Positions 8,047-16,743 of a stretch of 57,206 nucleotides of DNA are shown here, piece by piece. Made by a program: the position numbers and the translations under genes. The first letter of the stretch is position 1. The number at the start of each line of letters is the position of its first letter. The notes beneath the pieces are model-generated. The model did not search any database and was not told the origin of the DNA. It saw nothing but the letters and a program-made list of their open reading frames with translations. The stretch covers positions 1 to 57,206 of the forward strand of contig JACPBZ010000026.1 in the NCBI GenBank assembly GCA_016180105.1, written 5' to 3'. This stretch comes from Candidatus Woesearchaeota archaeon. GTDB taxonomy: Archaea; Nanobdellota; Nanobdellia; Woesearchaeales; UBA10216.

Positions 8047-9525
8047 ATGCTTAAGCTGCAAAAGGGTGTGTTCTCACAGTTTGTGATTGCGTCCATAGTC
8101 TTTTTTGCCCTTTCGCTGAGTGCTCACGCCCAGGAAGAATTTGCCAACCAGGACTTTTCCGTCTCCATAACTGCAGTTAACAATTCAATCTTTCTTGATG
8201 GCCAGGCCCTTTTTGACCTTACCATAACAAATTTGAAGAATTTTCAGGATACTTTCAGGATTTCTGTTCCCGATATTGAATGGAGCGTGCAGTCAGACCC
8301 GCTCTACCACTACTTTTCAGGCGTTGATGTGCGCGGCTTCGGCTCCCAGACAGTGAGGCTGCTTCTCAAGCCTACCGTGGCCTTTCCCCCAGGGCTTAGG
8401 GCAGTTAACCTTGACGTGACTTCGGTCAATGGTAAGGAGAGCCAGCAGCTTTCAACATTCGTGAACATCCGCTCAAACTATCAGCTCATTCAGGAATACC
8501 TGGCTGCGGTTAGCAGGCTTGTTGAGATACCGTCGCAAATAGATCCCAGGAATGAGTTTGAGATAAAGGTCAACCTGATTAATCGCAATCCCAAGAACAT
8601 TTCTGAGCTTAGGGTGGTTCTGACAAGCGTGTCAAGCAGCCTGATAAGGGAGGAAATAGTGACTAACCTCCAGCCCTTGGAAAGCAAGGAAGTCTCAACA
8701 AAGGTCAAGCTTGACCCGTTGACCTCACCGACAAAGGATACGCTCAGGGTTGTGATTTTTGTCGGCAACAAGCCGCTTGAGCCAACCATATTTGAGAAAT
8801 TTGAGGTAATAAGCTACTCTGACTTCAAGCCCGTGAAGTCTGATAGAAGGGGCTCTTTTTTCAGGTGGGTCAATGAGACAACGTACGTTAATGATGGCAA
8901 TGTGAAAACCACGAAAGTGGTTGAAACTGAGACTAGCTTCCTGAAGTCGCTGTTTACGAAGTCTGACCCGAAGGCGTTTACCATTAGCAAGGGCGGCAAG
9001 AGGTATGAGGCGTGGGAGCTTTCGCTCCGGCCGCAGGAGACAACCACGGTCAGGGTAGTAGAGAGCTACCGCTCGATATTTTACTTGTTGCTGATTGCGC
9101 TCATTTCCCTGCTCGCTTACCGCTTCTTCCAGAGCCCAGTGCAGCTTGTCAAGGAGGCAAGCGCGATAAGCTACAAGGAAGGTGGCGTTTCCGAGCTTAA
9201 GGTAATCCTTCGCGTCAGGAACAGGTCTTCCCAGCCTTACATCAAGCTTACCGTGATGGACAGGGTTCCGATGATTGCAGAGGTTGAGCACGATGCGATG
9301 GGCACATTGAAGCCCACTACTGTTTTCAACGACGGCCGCGGTTCTGTTGTGAAGTGGGAGCTTGAGAGCCTTGACAAGCACGAGGAGCGCATCCTGGCTT
9401 ACAAGATAAGGTCCAAGCTTAGCATTCTTGGCCAGTTCACCCTGCCCAGGGGCTCGTTGAGGTTCTATACTGAGAAGAACGTGAAGTTCATCGCAAAATC
9501 TAATACAGTCACGATAAAGCCATGA
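8047..9525 (+). CDS. Secreted/membrane-anchored protein with beta-sandwich (CARDB/DUF11-like) repeats
   Basis: 492 aa. It has an N-terminal signal peptide (FFALSLSAHAQ) and an internal TM helix (FYLLLIALISLLAY). I see no catalytic motif. Confidence 0.55.
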   Translation: MLKLQKGVFSQFVIASIVFFALSLSAHAQEEFANQDFSVSITAVNNSIFLDGQALFDLTITNLKNFQDTFRISVPDIEWSVQSDPLYHYFSGVDVRGFGSQTVRLLLKPTVAFPPGLRAVNLDVTSVNGKESQQLSTFVNIRSNYQLIQEYLAAVSRLVEIPSQIDPRNEFEIKVNLINRNPKNISELRVVLTSVSSSLIREEIVTNLQPLESKEVSTKVKLDPLTSPTKDTLRVVIFVGNKPLEPTIFEKFEVISYSDFKPVKSDRRGSFFRWVNETTYVNDGNVKTTKVVETETSFLKSLFTKSDPKAFTISKGGKRYEAWELSLRPQETTTVRVVESYRSIFYLLLIALISLLAYRFFQSPVQLVKEASAISYKEGGVSELKVILRVRNRSSQPYIKLTVMDRVPMIAEVEHDAMGTLKPTTVFNDGRGSVVKWELESLDKHEERILAYKIRSKLSILGQFTLPRGSLRFYTEKNVKFIAKSNTVTIKP

Positions 9526-9539
9526 GATATCGCCATAAT

Positions 9540-9549
9540 CTTTATAAAC
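9540..9549 (+). promoter_or_regulatory. TATA box for tRNA-Tyr
   Basis: ctttataaac lies 24-33 nt upstream of the tRNA 5' end. Confidence 0.5.
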
Positions 9550-9572
9550 GTCCTTCAAACTTCTCACGTTAT

Positions 9573-9728
9573 CCCCGCATAGCTCAACCTGGTCGAGCAC
9601 TCGGCTGTAGATGAGTTCGCTGGCATAACTTTCTCCGTGAGAGATTGGATGAGTGTCAGCCAGCCGTGCCCGAGGGATTCCCGGTTCAAATGGCCTTTTT
9701 TTGCGGCTTGGAAGTCCGGGTGCGGGGA
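9573..9728 (+). tRNA. tRNA-Tyr (anticodon GTA) with two introns
   Basis: Acceptor ccccgca/tgcgggg gives the archaeal C1:G72 Tyr identity pair. D arm gctc-aacctggtc-gagc. Anticodon stem ctcgg/ccgag with loop ctGTAg. A canonical 37/38 intron lies at about 9611-9668. The T arm cccgg-ttcaaa(t) is interrupted by a 24-nt intron at about 9691/2-9714/5, before ccggg. The mature length is 74 nt. Confidence 0.8.
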
Positions 9729-9735
9729 TTTTCTA

Positions 9736-10158
9736 TTACGGCTGTTTGCCGAATTTCTCAAAGCACTCGCTATCGTGAGACAGGTCTTTCTTTGCGCGCC
9801 AGCAGATGGCGTGTGCGGTTTCGTGGTCCATCAGCTTATTGAACTGCCATTTGCCTTGTGCAAATGAGGGGTTGAGGATTATCCTGTTCTTCTCCCTGTC
9901 CCCAACAAGGAAGAGCCCCTTTAACTCAAGGTTCGTGTCGAATCTGATCACGTCAATGCCCTTGAGCCTTGCCTGGTCGTAGCTGGCCAGGTATTGGCGC
10001 AATGCCTGCTCGTTTTTCACGTCTTTTGAAAATTGGACAGTGTAGGCACTGGCGCTTGAGGCCAGCGCCAGGGCTGCCAAGAGCATAAGCATCGCCAGCA
10101 TTCCAGCACGCGGATTTAGTTTGACTTTTACCACCCTGGGAATTCCCCAATTTTTCAA
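9736..10158 (-). CDS. Small secreted putative zinc metalloprotease (HExxH)
   Basis: 140 aa with signal peptide MLAMLMLLAALALASSASA and an HETAH motif near the C-terminus. Confidence 0.5.
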   Translation of the reverse strand: MKNWGIPRVVKVKLNPRAGMLAMLMLLAALALASSASAYTVQFSKDVKNEQALRQYLASYDQARLKGIDVIRFDTNLELKGLFLVGDREKNRIILNPSFAQGKWQFNKLMDHETAHAICWRAKKDLSHDSECFEKFGKQP

Positions 10159-10336
10159 GTATTTAAATCTTCCTATTTTTAATGACTTTTAAGTAGTGAA
10201 TTTTCTGAGCCTGCTGGGCAGTTAACTTTATAAATAAGTGGCTGTTTTTCCTTTTTGAATGGCGGTCAGGGCTCTGGGCAAATACGTATTCTCTACTTCG
10301 AAGTATGGTGGAAGGTAGAGCTATTTGCCGTGAAAG

Positions 10337-10343
10337 CTTAAAT
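10337..10343 (+). promoter_or_regulatory. BRE/TATA for tRNA-Asp
   Basis: gaaagCTTAAAT; the box ends 27 nt upstream of the tRNA 5' end. Confidence 0.5.
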
Positions 10344-10369
10344 CCGACTGGAATATCCCGTAATCATAT

Positions 10370-10478
10370 GCCCTGGTGGTTCAGCCTGGCCTAGAATACA
10401 GCCCTGTCACGGCTGCGACCCGGGTTCAAATGTCACGATCGCCTATTCGCGACGGGCTTGAGAGTCCCGGCCAGGGCG
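10370..10478 (+). tRNA. tRNA-Asp (anticodon GTC) with a T-loop intron
   Basis: Acceptor gccctgg/ccagggc. Anticodon stem cagcc/ggctg with loop ctGTCac. The T stem ccggg + ttcaaa(t) is interrupted by a 34-nt insert at about 10431/2-10464/5, before cccgg. Discriminator g. The mature length is 75 nt. Confidence 0.8.
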
Positions 10479-10519
10479 TTTAGTGCGCCGGCTGGGATTC
10501 CGAGCGATTAGTGAGGTTA

Positions 10520-10536
10520 TCCCGGCCAGGGCGTTT
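10520..10536 (+). repeat. Orphan duplicate of the tRNA-Asp 3' exon
   Basis: tcccggccagggcgttt is identical to 10465-10481, which covers the T-stem 3' strand, the acceptor 3' strand, the discriminator and trailer. A similar intron-end-like gag..t precedes it. Confidence 0.9.
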
Positions 10537-10567
10537 TACGTTCCGCAAGGGCGGAAGTCCAGGGTAT

Positions 10568-10677
10568 GGGCCGGTAGCGCAGCCTGGCAGCGCAACGGAC
10601 TTTTAATCCGTGGGTCGCGGGTTCAAAACAACAGTGCCGATAAGCTCGTCGCTGCCGTGAGTGTCCCGTCCGGCCCG
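10568..10677 (+). tRNA. tRNA-Lys (anticodon TTT) with a T-loop intron
   Basis: Acceptor gggccgg/ccggccc. D arm gcgc-agcctggca-gcgc. Anticodon stem acgga/tccgt with loop ctTTTaa. The T stem gcggg + ttcaaa is interrupted by a 36-nt insert at about 10628/9-10663/4, before cccgt. The mature length is 74 nt. Confidence 0.8.
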
Positions 10678-10702
10678 TTCAAAGTTCAGGAAGGTAATCT
10701 GC

Positions 10703-10942
10703 ATGAAGAAAATCGAACTCAGGAAACACGTGCTTGTTCCGAAGCACGAGAAGCTTTCTGAAAAGGAAAAGGGGGAGGTTCTTGGCCAGTACAGCTCATC
10801 GATTGATGATTTTCCAAGGATACTCAAGCGCGATGCTGCGCTTCAGGGGATTAATGTCAAGCAGGGGGACCTTATCAGGATAACGAGGAAGAGCGTGACA
10901 GCCGGTGAAACAGTCTTTTACCGTGTTGTCGTGCTTTCGTGA
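10703..10942 (+). CDS. rpoH: DNA-directed RNA polymerase subunit H (Rpo5)
   Basis: 79 aa from the ATG at 10703: MKKIELRKHVLVPKHEKLSEKEKGEVL...GDLIRITRKSVTAGETVFYRVV, the canonical RpoH pattern. It is the first gene of the rpo operon. Confidence 0.9.
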   Translation: MKKIELRKHVLVPKHEKLSEKEKGEVLGQYSSSIDDFPRILKRDAALQGINVKQGDLIRITRKSVTAGETVFYRVVVLS

Positions 10943-10955
10943 TTGGTGGCTTGAA

Positions 10956-12449
10956 ATGGAACATTACGCGATTTTGCTGAAGAAGTTTTTTGAGGAGCAG
11001 TCCTTTGTTAAGTCTGACATAGAGTCTTTTAACTATTTTCTGGATAATGAGCTTAACTCGATAATCGATGAGAACAGGGAAATCTTGCCGACCATTATTC
11101 CCCCGAATGTTGATGAGTTCAAGATACGGTTTGATAACGTGAGGATAACCAAGCCTGAAATCACCGAGGCCGATGGTTCGGTGAGGAAGATTTATCCAAT
11201 GGAGGCAAGGCTTAGGAAGCTCACTTACGCTGCGCCGCTCTACATAACCGTGAGCGCTCACATTAATGGTGCCCAGAGGGAATCCTTTGAGACCCAGATT
11301 GGCAGCCTGCCTGTAATGCTCAAGTCGAAGGTTTGCCATCTGAACAAGCTTTCCAGGGAGGAGCTTTTGCAGCACGGCGAGGATCCTGATGACCCCGGCG
11401 GGTATTTCATAATTAATGGTACTGAGAAGGCCCTTGTCAAGGTTGAGGACCTGACTTCGAACAAGATGCTTATTGACAAGGATTCCAATTCCGGAAGCAA
11501 GCTTGTGTGCAAGATTTTTTCGGAAAAGGGTTCTTACAAGATTCCGCATACCATTGAGAGGATGAAGGATGGCATTTTTTATCTTACGTTCACCAGGGTT
11601 AGGAGGGTTCCCCTCATAGCGGTAATAAAGGCGCTTGGCCTCATCAAGGATGAGGAAATAATGAGATTCATTGCAGGCAATGAGTCTTTTGATGAGCTCA
11701 TTGTCAATCTGCTGGATTCTGCTGATATCAAGACTGAGGAGGATGCTATGGATGCGGTTGCGAAGATTTCCGGCATCACTCAGCCCAAGGAAATCAGGCT
11801 CGAGAGGATGAAGGAAATCCTTGATAAGTACCTGTTGCCGCATCTTGGCCTTACCCCTAAGGAAAGGATTTGGAAGGCTTACAACCTGTGCAAGATGGTG
11901 AGGAAGTACATTCTTTCCCTCAGGGGCCAGCTTGCTCCTGATGACAAGGACCATTATATGAACAAGCGCCTCAAGCTTTCCGGCGATTTGCTTGCAGACC
12001 TTTTGAGGGTTAATCTCAAGGTGCTTATTGGCGACTTGCTTTACAATTTCCAGCGCGTTGTCAAGCGTGGGAAATTTCCCACATTGAAGGTTATCATTAG
12101 GGAGAAGCTTCTCACGTCCAGGATTTACAGTTCTATGGCCACTGGTGCCTGGGTTGGTGGACGGAAGGGTGTTAGCCAGAGGATTCAGCGCCTTAATTTC
12201 CTGGAAATGATGTCGCATCTTCAGAGGGTGGTTAGTCCCCTTTCCGCGACGCAGGAAAATTTCCAGGCCCGCGAGTTGCATTGCACTCATCTTGGCAGGC
12301 TTTGCCCGATTGAGACTCCTGAAGGTACCAATATAGGCTTGAAGAAGAATCTTGCCCTTGTAGCTACAGTGAGCTTGGATGCGAATGAGGATGAAACCCT
12401 GAAAGTCATGCGTAATTATGGCTTGCGGGCTGTTGGAAAGCAGGTTTAG
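10956..12449 (+). CDS. rpoB2: DNA-directed RNA polymerase subunit B'' (Rpo2N)
   Basis: The in-frame ATG at 10956 lies after the rpoH stop. The product has N-terminal RpoB homology (FFEEQSFVKSDIESFNYF, GGYFIINGTEKALV, ETPEGTNIGL). Confidence 0.9.
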   Translation: MEHYAILLKKFFEEQSFVKSDIESFNYFLDNELNSIIDENREILPTIIPPNVDEFKIRFDNVRITKPEITEADGSVRKIYPMEARLRKLTYAAPLYITVSAHINGAQRESFETQIGSLPVMLKSKVCHLNKLSREELLQHGEDPDDPGGYFIINGTEKALVKVEDLTSNKMLIDKDSNSGSKLVCKIFSEKGSYKIPHTIERMKDGIFYLTFTRVRRVPLIAVIKALGLIKDEEIMRFIAGNESFDELIVNLLDSADIKTEEDAMDAVAKISGITQPKEIRLERMKEILDKYLLPHLGLTPKERIWKAYNLCKMVRKYILSLRGQLAPDDKDHYMNKRLKLSGDLLADLLRVNLKVLIGDLLYNFQRVVKRGKFPTLKVIIREKLLTSRIYSSMATGAWVGGRKGVSQRIQRLNFLEMMSHLQRVVSPLSATQENFQARELHCTHLGRLCPIETPEGTNIGLKKNLALVATVSLDANEDETLKVMRNYGLRAVGKQV

Positions 12450-12458
12450 GTGTGAAAA

Positions 12459-14258
12459 ATGGCAGACGTTTACCTTAGTGGAAAATTTGTTGGCACGGTT
12501 GAGGATGGCGAGGCTTTCGCCAACTCAATGAAGGAGGAGAGGCGCCGGGGTGCGCTTTCCGAGAATGTCAATGTTTACTATGCTTCAAGGGGTGATGAGG
12601 TCCATATTGAGGCGGCAAAGGGCCGCCTGAGAAGGCCTCTTGTTGTAGTGAGGGACGGCAGGCCCATGCTTACTTCCGAGCACGTTGAGCGCCTTGGAAG
12701 GAATGAGCTCAAGTGGTCTGACCTGGTGAAGCAGGGTGTCGTGGAGTACCTTGATGCGGGTGAGGAGGAGAATGCGCTTGTTGCCTTTTTCGAGGAAGAG
12801 CTTACCCCGCAGCATACGCACCTTGAGCTTACGCCCTTGACTATGTTTGGGCTCGTTACCAGTCTTGTTCCTTACGCCAATTTCAATTCTGCCCAGAAGG
12901 TTAATACTGGCTCAAAGAACCAGAAGCAGGCTATTGGCTTTTATGCCTCTAACTATTTCATCAGGATGGATATGGATGTTAACTTGCTTCATAATCCGCA
13001 GATGCCCGTGGTCAAGTCGATTATGCACGACATTTCAGAGTATGCGAAGCACCCTGCCGGGCAAAACCTTGTCGTCGCGGTAATGAGCTACAAGGGCTAC
13101 AATATGGAGGACGCCATTATCATAAACAGGGGCTCCATTGATCGCGGGATGGGCAGGGGCAGCTATTACAGGCCGATGATTGCAGAGGAGCTTCGCTACT
13201 CCGGCGGCCTTGTTGATGAGGTTTGCATTCCTGCAAAGGACGTGAAGGGTTACAAGAGCGAGAAGGACTACAAGTTCTTGGAAGAGGATGGCATTATTTA
13301 TCCTGAGGCTCAGGTCAGGGAGGGAGATGTCGTGATTGGCAAGACTTCGCCTCCAAGGTTCCTCAGCAGCATGGAGCAGTATTCGCTTTCCGCCGAGACA
13401 AGGAGGGAAAGCTCTGTCTCGATGAAGCACGGTGAGGAGGGCATCATCGATTTTGTCTTGATTACTGAGAACAGCGAGGGCAACAAGCTTGTCCAGGTTA
13501 AGATTAGAGATCAGAGAATTCCAGAGGTTGGCGATAAGTTTAGTTCCAGGCACGGCCAGAAGGGCGTTGTTGGCCTGATTGTGCAGGAGTCTGATATGCC
13601 ATTTACTGCTTCGGGCATCAGGCCTGACCTGATTTTCAGCCCCCACAGTATTCCTACTAGGATGACTATGGCACACTTGATTGAGCTCATAGCTGGGAAG
13701 ACCGGCGCTCTTGCTGGAAGGCCTGTGGATGGCACTGTTTTCGATTCTGAGCCTGAGGAAAGGATTAGGAAGGAGTTGCTCTCGCTTGGCTTCAGGGATA
13801 ATGGCCTTGAGACCGTCTATAATGGCGAGACTGGCGAGCAGTTCCAGGTTGCCATTTTTGTTGGTGACATGTATTATCTCAGGCTTAAGCATATGGTTGC
13901 GAACAAGATTCATTCCCGCGCTCGCGGCCCGATTCAGCTGCTCACAAGGCAGCCTACTGAGGGCAGGGCGAAGGAGGGCGGGTTGCGCCTTGGCGAGATG
14001 GAGAAGGACACTTTTGTCGCCCACGGCGCCTCAATGCTGCTGAAGGAGAGGTTTGACTCTGACCGCACTATTGTGCCTGTGTGCGAGCAGTGCGGCATGG
14101 TTGCGATTTACGATGAGTACAAGCGCAGGAGCTATTGCCAGGTTTGCGGCGAGTCTAATATCAGCTTTATTGAGGTTTCGTATGCCTTCAAGCTGATACT
14201 TGACGAGTTCAAGAGCCTTATGCTTTACCCGCAGTTGAAGTTGAAGACAAAGTATTAG
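12459..14258 (+). CDS. rpoB1: DNA-directed RNA polymerase subunit B' (Rpo2C)
   Basis: 599 aa with GYNMEDAIIIN, SRHGQKGVVG, LRLGEMEKD and a C-terminal Zn ribbon (CEQCG...CQVCG). Confidence 0.92.
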   Translation: MADVYLSGKFVGTVEDGEAFANSMKEERRRGALSENVNVYYASRGDEVHIEAAKGRLRRPLVVVRDGRPMLTSEHVERLGRNELKWSDLVKQGVVEYLDAGEEENALVAFFEEELTPQHTHLELTPLTMFGLVTSLVPYANFNSAQKVNTGSKNQKQAIGFYASNYFIRMDMDVNLLHNPQMPVVKSIMHDISEYAKHPAGQNLVVAVMSYKGYNMEDAIIINRGSIDRGMGRGSYYRPMIAEELRYSGGLVDEVCIPAKDVKGYKSEKDYKFLEEDGIIYPEAQVREGDVVIGKTSPPRFLSSMEQYSLSAETRRESSVSMKHGEEGIIDFVLITENSEGNKLVQVKIRDQRIPEVGDKFSSRHGQKGVVGLIVQESDMPFTASGIRPDLIFSPHSIPTRMTMAHLIELIAGKTGALAGRPVDGTVFDSEPEERIRKELLSLGFRDNGLETVYNGETGEQFQVAIFVGDMYYLRLKHMVANKIHSRARGPIQLLTRQPTEGRAKEGGLRLGEMEKDTFVAHGASMLLKERFDSDRTIVPVCEQCGMVAIYDEYKRRSYCQVCGESNISFIEVSYAFKLILDEFKSLMLYPQLKLKTKY

Positions 14259-14271
14259 GGGAGAAAACAAA

Positions 14272-16741
14272 ATGCAAGACGATGCCGAGCCGTATGTGTA
14301 CAAGAAAGTGAGCGCAGTTACTTTTGGCGTTCTCAGCCCGAAGATGATTAAGAAGATGGCTGCTGCCAAGATTGTCACGCCTGAGCTTTATGACAAGGAG
14401 GGCTACCCTGTTGATGGCGGCCTTATGGATGTGAGGCTTGGCGTGATTGATCCGGGCTTGAGGTGCAAGACTTGCGGCTCAAAGCTTAAGGAGTGCACTG
14501 GGCACTTTGGCTACATCTCGCTTGCGAGGCCGGTAATTCATATCAGCTTTATCTCGGTCATTCTTACATTGCTGAGGTACACGTGCAGGGAGTGTTCCCG
14601 CGTGCTTTTGCCCACCGCAAGGATTGACCAGTATGGCGAGAGGCTTAAGCGCCTTGGCAAGGACAAGGGGCCTGAGGTAATGAGGAAGAAGCTCAAGGAC
14701 CTTATCAGCGCATCAAAGTCTGTTAGCAAGTGCCCGCATTGCAAGGCTAAGCAGAAGAAGATTCTGCTTGAGAAGCCCAGCACTTTCTTTGAGGATGACA
14801 AGCGCATTTCCCCGATTGAGATAAGGAGCAGGCTTGAGAAGCTTCAGGATGCTGATATTGAGCTTTTTGGCCTTAATCCTGGCGCAGTGAGGCCTGAATG
14901 GATGATTCTCACTGTTTTGCCAATTCCTCCTGTCACGATGAGGCCTTCCATTACCCTGGAGACTGGCGAGCGCTCTGAGGATGACCTTACTCACAAGCTT
15001 GGCGATATTGTGAGGATTAACCAGAGGCTATTTGAGAACATCAACGCAGGCGCTCCTGAAATCATAGTTGAGGACCTTTGGGACCTTTTGCAGTATCACG
15101 TTACGACCTTCTTCGATAATGAGGTTGCGCAGCTGCCTCCCGCAAGGCACAGGTCAGGCCAGCCACTCAAGACATTAACTGAGAGGATTAAGAGCAAGGA
15201 GGGCCGCATCAGGCACAACTTGACTGGCAAGAGGACTAACTTTTCCGCAAGGACGGTCATCAGCCCCGACCCAATGCTGGAGCTTAATGAAGTGGGCGTT
15301 CCGGACATAATGGCGATGAAGCTTACTGTTCCTGAGAGGGTTACTGAGTGGAATATGGCTTACCTTAAGGAGTTTGTGAGGAAGGGCCCGAAGAGTTATC
15401 CTGGCGCGAATTATGTCATCCGGCCTGATGGCCGCAAGAAGAGGCTGACTGAGGAAACTATCGAGGCTTCGGTTGAGGAGCTTCAGCCTGGTTACATTGT
15501 TGAGAGGCACTTGATGGATGGTGACATTGCCATCTTCAACAGGCAGCCATCGCTTCACAGGATGAGCATGATGTGCCATCGCGTGAGGGTTTTGCCCTGC
15601 AAGACTTTGCGCCTTAATCCTGCCGTGTGCTTCCCTTACAATGCGGATTTTGATGGCGACGAGATGAACCTTCACATTCCGCAGACTGAGGAGGCCCGCT
15701 CGGAGGCAGAGCTTTTGATGCTGGTTGATACCCAGATGATTTCCCCAAGGTATGGCCTTTCGGTCATAGGCTGCATCCAGGATGCGATATCTGGCAATTA
15801 CCCTTCTTCCCGAGAATTTTAACTTTTCCGGAAGGTCGAAGTCGCGGGAGGAGCCTGAGGTTGTTATCAAGGGCGGCAAGCTCGTGAGCGGCGTTATGGA
15901 CAAGAATAACCTTGGTGAGGGCTCTGGCTTGCTTCTTAGGAACCTGCACAAGAAGTATGGCAGGCAATTCGCCCTGGACACGCTTGGCAAGATGTTCAAG
16001 CTTGGCATTGCCCTCTTAATGAAGCGGGGCTTTACCACTGCGCTTTCCGATACTGACTTGCCTGGTGAGGCAAAGGCTGCAATCAAGGCTGTCTTTGAGA
16101 AAGCCGAGCAGGATGTTGCTGAGCTGATCTCGCAGTATAATTCGGGCCAGCTTGACATATTGCCTGGCCGTACCTTGAAGGAAACTTTGGAGCTGAAGAT
16201 TCTTGAGGTCCTTAATAAGGCTCGTGACGAGACTGGCAAGATTGTCGCAATGAATGTTGAAAGCTACTCGCACACTATTGTTATGGCAATTTCAGGTGCT
16301 CGCGGAACGCCTCTTAACCTTGCACAGATGGCAGGCTGCGTTGGCCAGCAGGCCCTTCGTGGCAAGAGGATTGAAAACGGCTATTACCAGAGGACGCTGT
16401 CCTGCTTCAAGCGTGATGACCTTTCGCCTGAGGCTCGCGGCTTCATCAAGAGCAGCTTCAAGGCTGGCCTGAAGCCCGCGGAATTCTTTTTCCAGTCGAT
16501 AGTTGGCCGTGACGCGCTTATGGACACTGCATTGAGGACTCCAAAGTCGGGATACCTCTATAGGAGGCTTGCTAACGCGCTTCAGGACCTTAAGGTTGAG
16601 TATGACGGCACTGTCCGCGATTCTGGAAAGAGGATTGTGCAGTTTAGTTACGGCGAGGATGGCATTGATGTTTCGAAGTCTGAAGGCGGCGTGCTGAACA
16701 TCAAGAGGGTGGCTTCAGAGGCGCTGGAGAGGGGTGAGTAA
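14272..16741 (+). CDS. rpoA1: DNA-directed RNA polymerase subunit A' (Rpo1N). The reading frame is interrupted near 15802.
   Basis: The two track ORFs (14272-15822 and 15782-16741) carry contiguous Rpo1 homology: the Zn motifs, the [12 protein letters not shown] active site, then GRTLKETLE and GARG. Homology switches frame exactly at aat tac c|ctt ctt (CCC at 15801-15803). Confidence 0.85.
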
Positions 16742-16743
16742 AG

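Noticed and set aside
8725-9600. 291-aa minus-strand ORF
   Set aside because: It is antisense to the 492-aa secreted protein and runs into the tRNA-Tyr promoter and 5' end. Its composition is shadow-frame-like.
9611-9668. C/D-box sRNA embedded in the tRNA-Tyr anticodon intron, as in some archaeal tRNA-Trp introns
   Set aside because: There are ATGAG-like strings (atgag, ggatgag), but no proper RUGAUGA C box and no CUGA D box in the right arrangement.
9564-9867. ORFs of 65, 76 and 65 aa
   Set aside because: They overlap the tRNA-Tyr gene and its introns, or lie antisense to the HExxH protein gene.
10483-10827. ORFs of 92 and 74 aa, and the first 14 codons of the 93-aa ORF
   Set aside because: They overlap the tRNA-Asp duplicate and tRNA-Lys. 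The real rpoH start is the ATG at 10703.
10875-12290. 471-aa minus-strand ORF
   Set aside because: It is entirely antisense to rpoB'', which has strong homology. Its composition is Leu/Arg/Pro-rich, typical of a shadow frame.
13035-14024. 329-aa minus-strand ORF
   Set aside because: It is antisense to rpoB' and has no motifs, so it is a shadow ORF.
15175-16239. 354-aa minus-strand ORF
   Set aside because: It is antisense to rpoA' and is a shadow ORF. It does not explain the rpoA' frame break.
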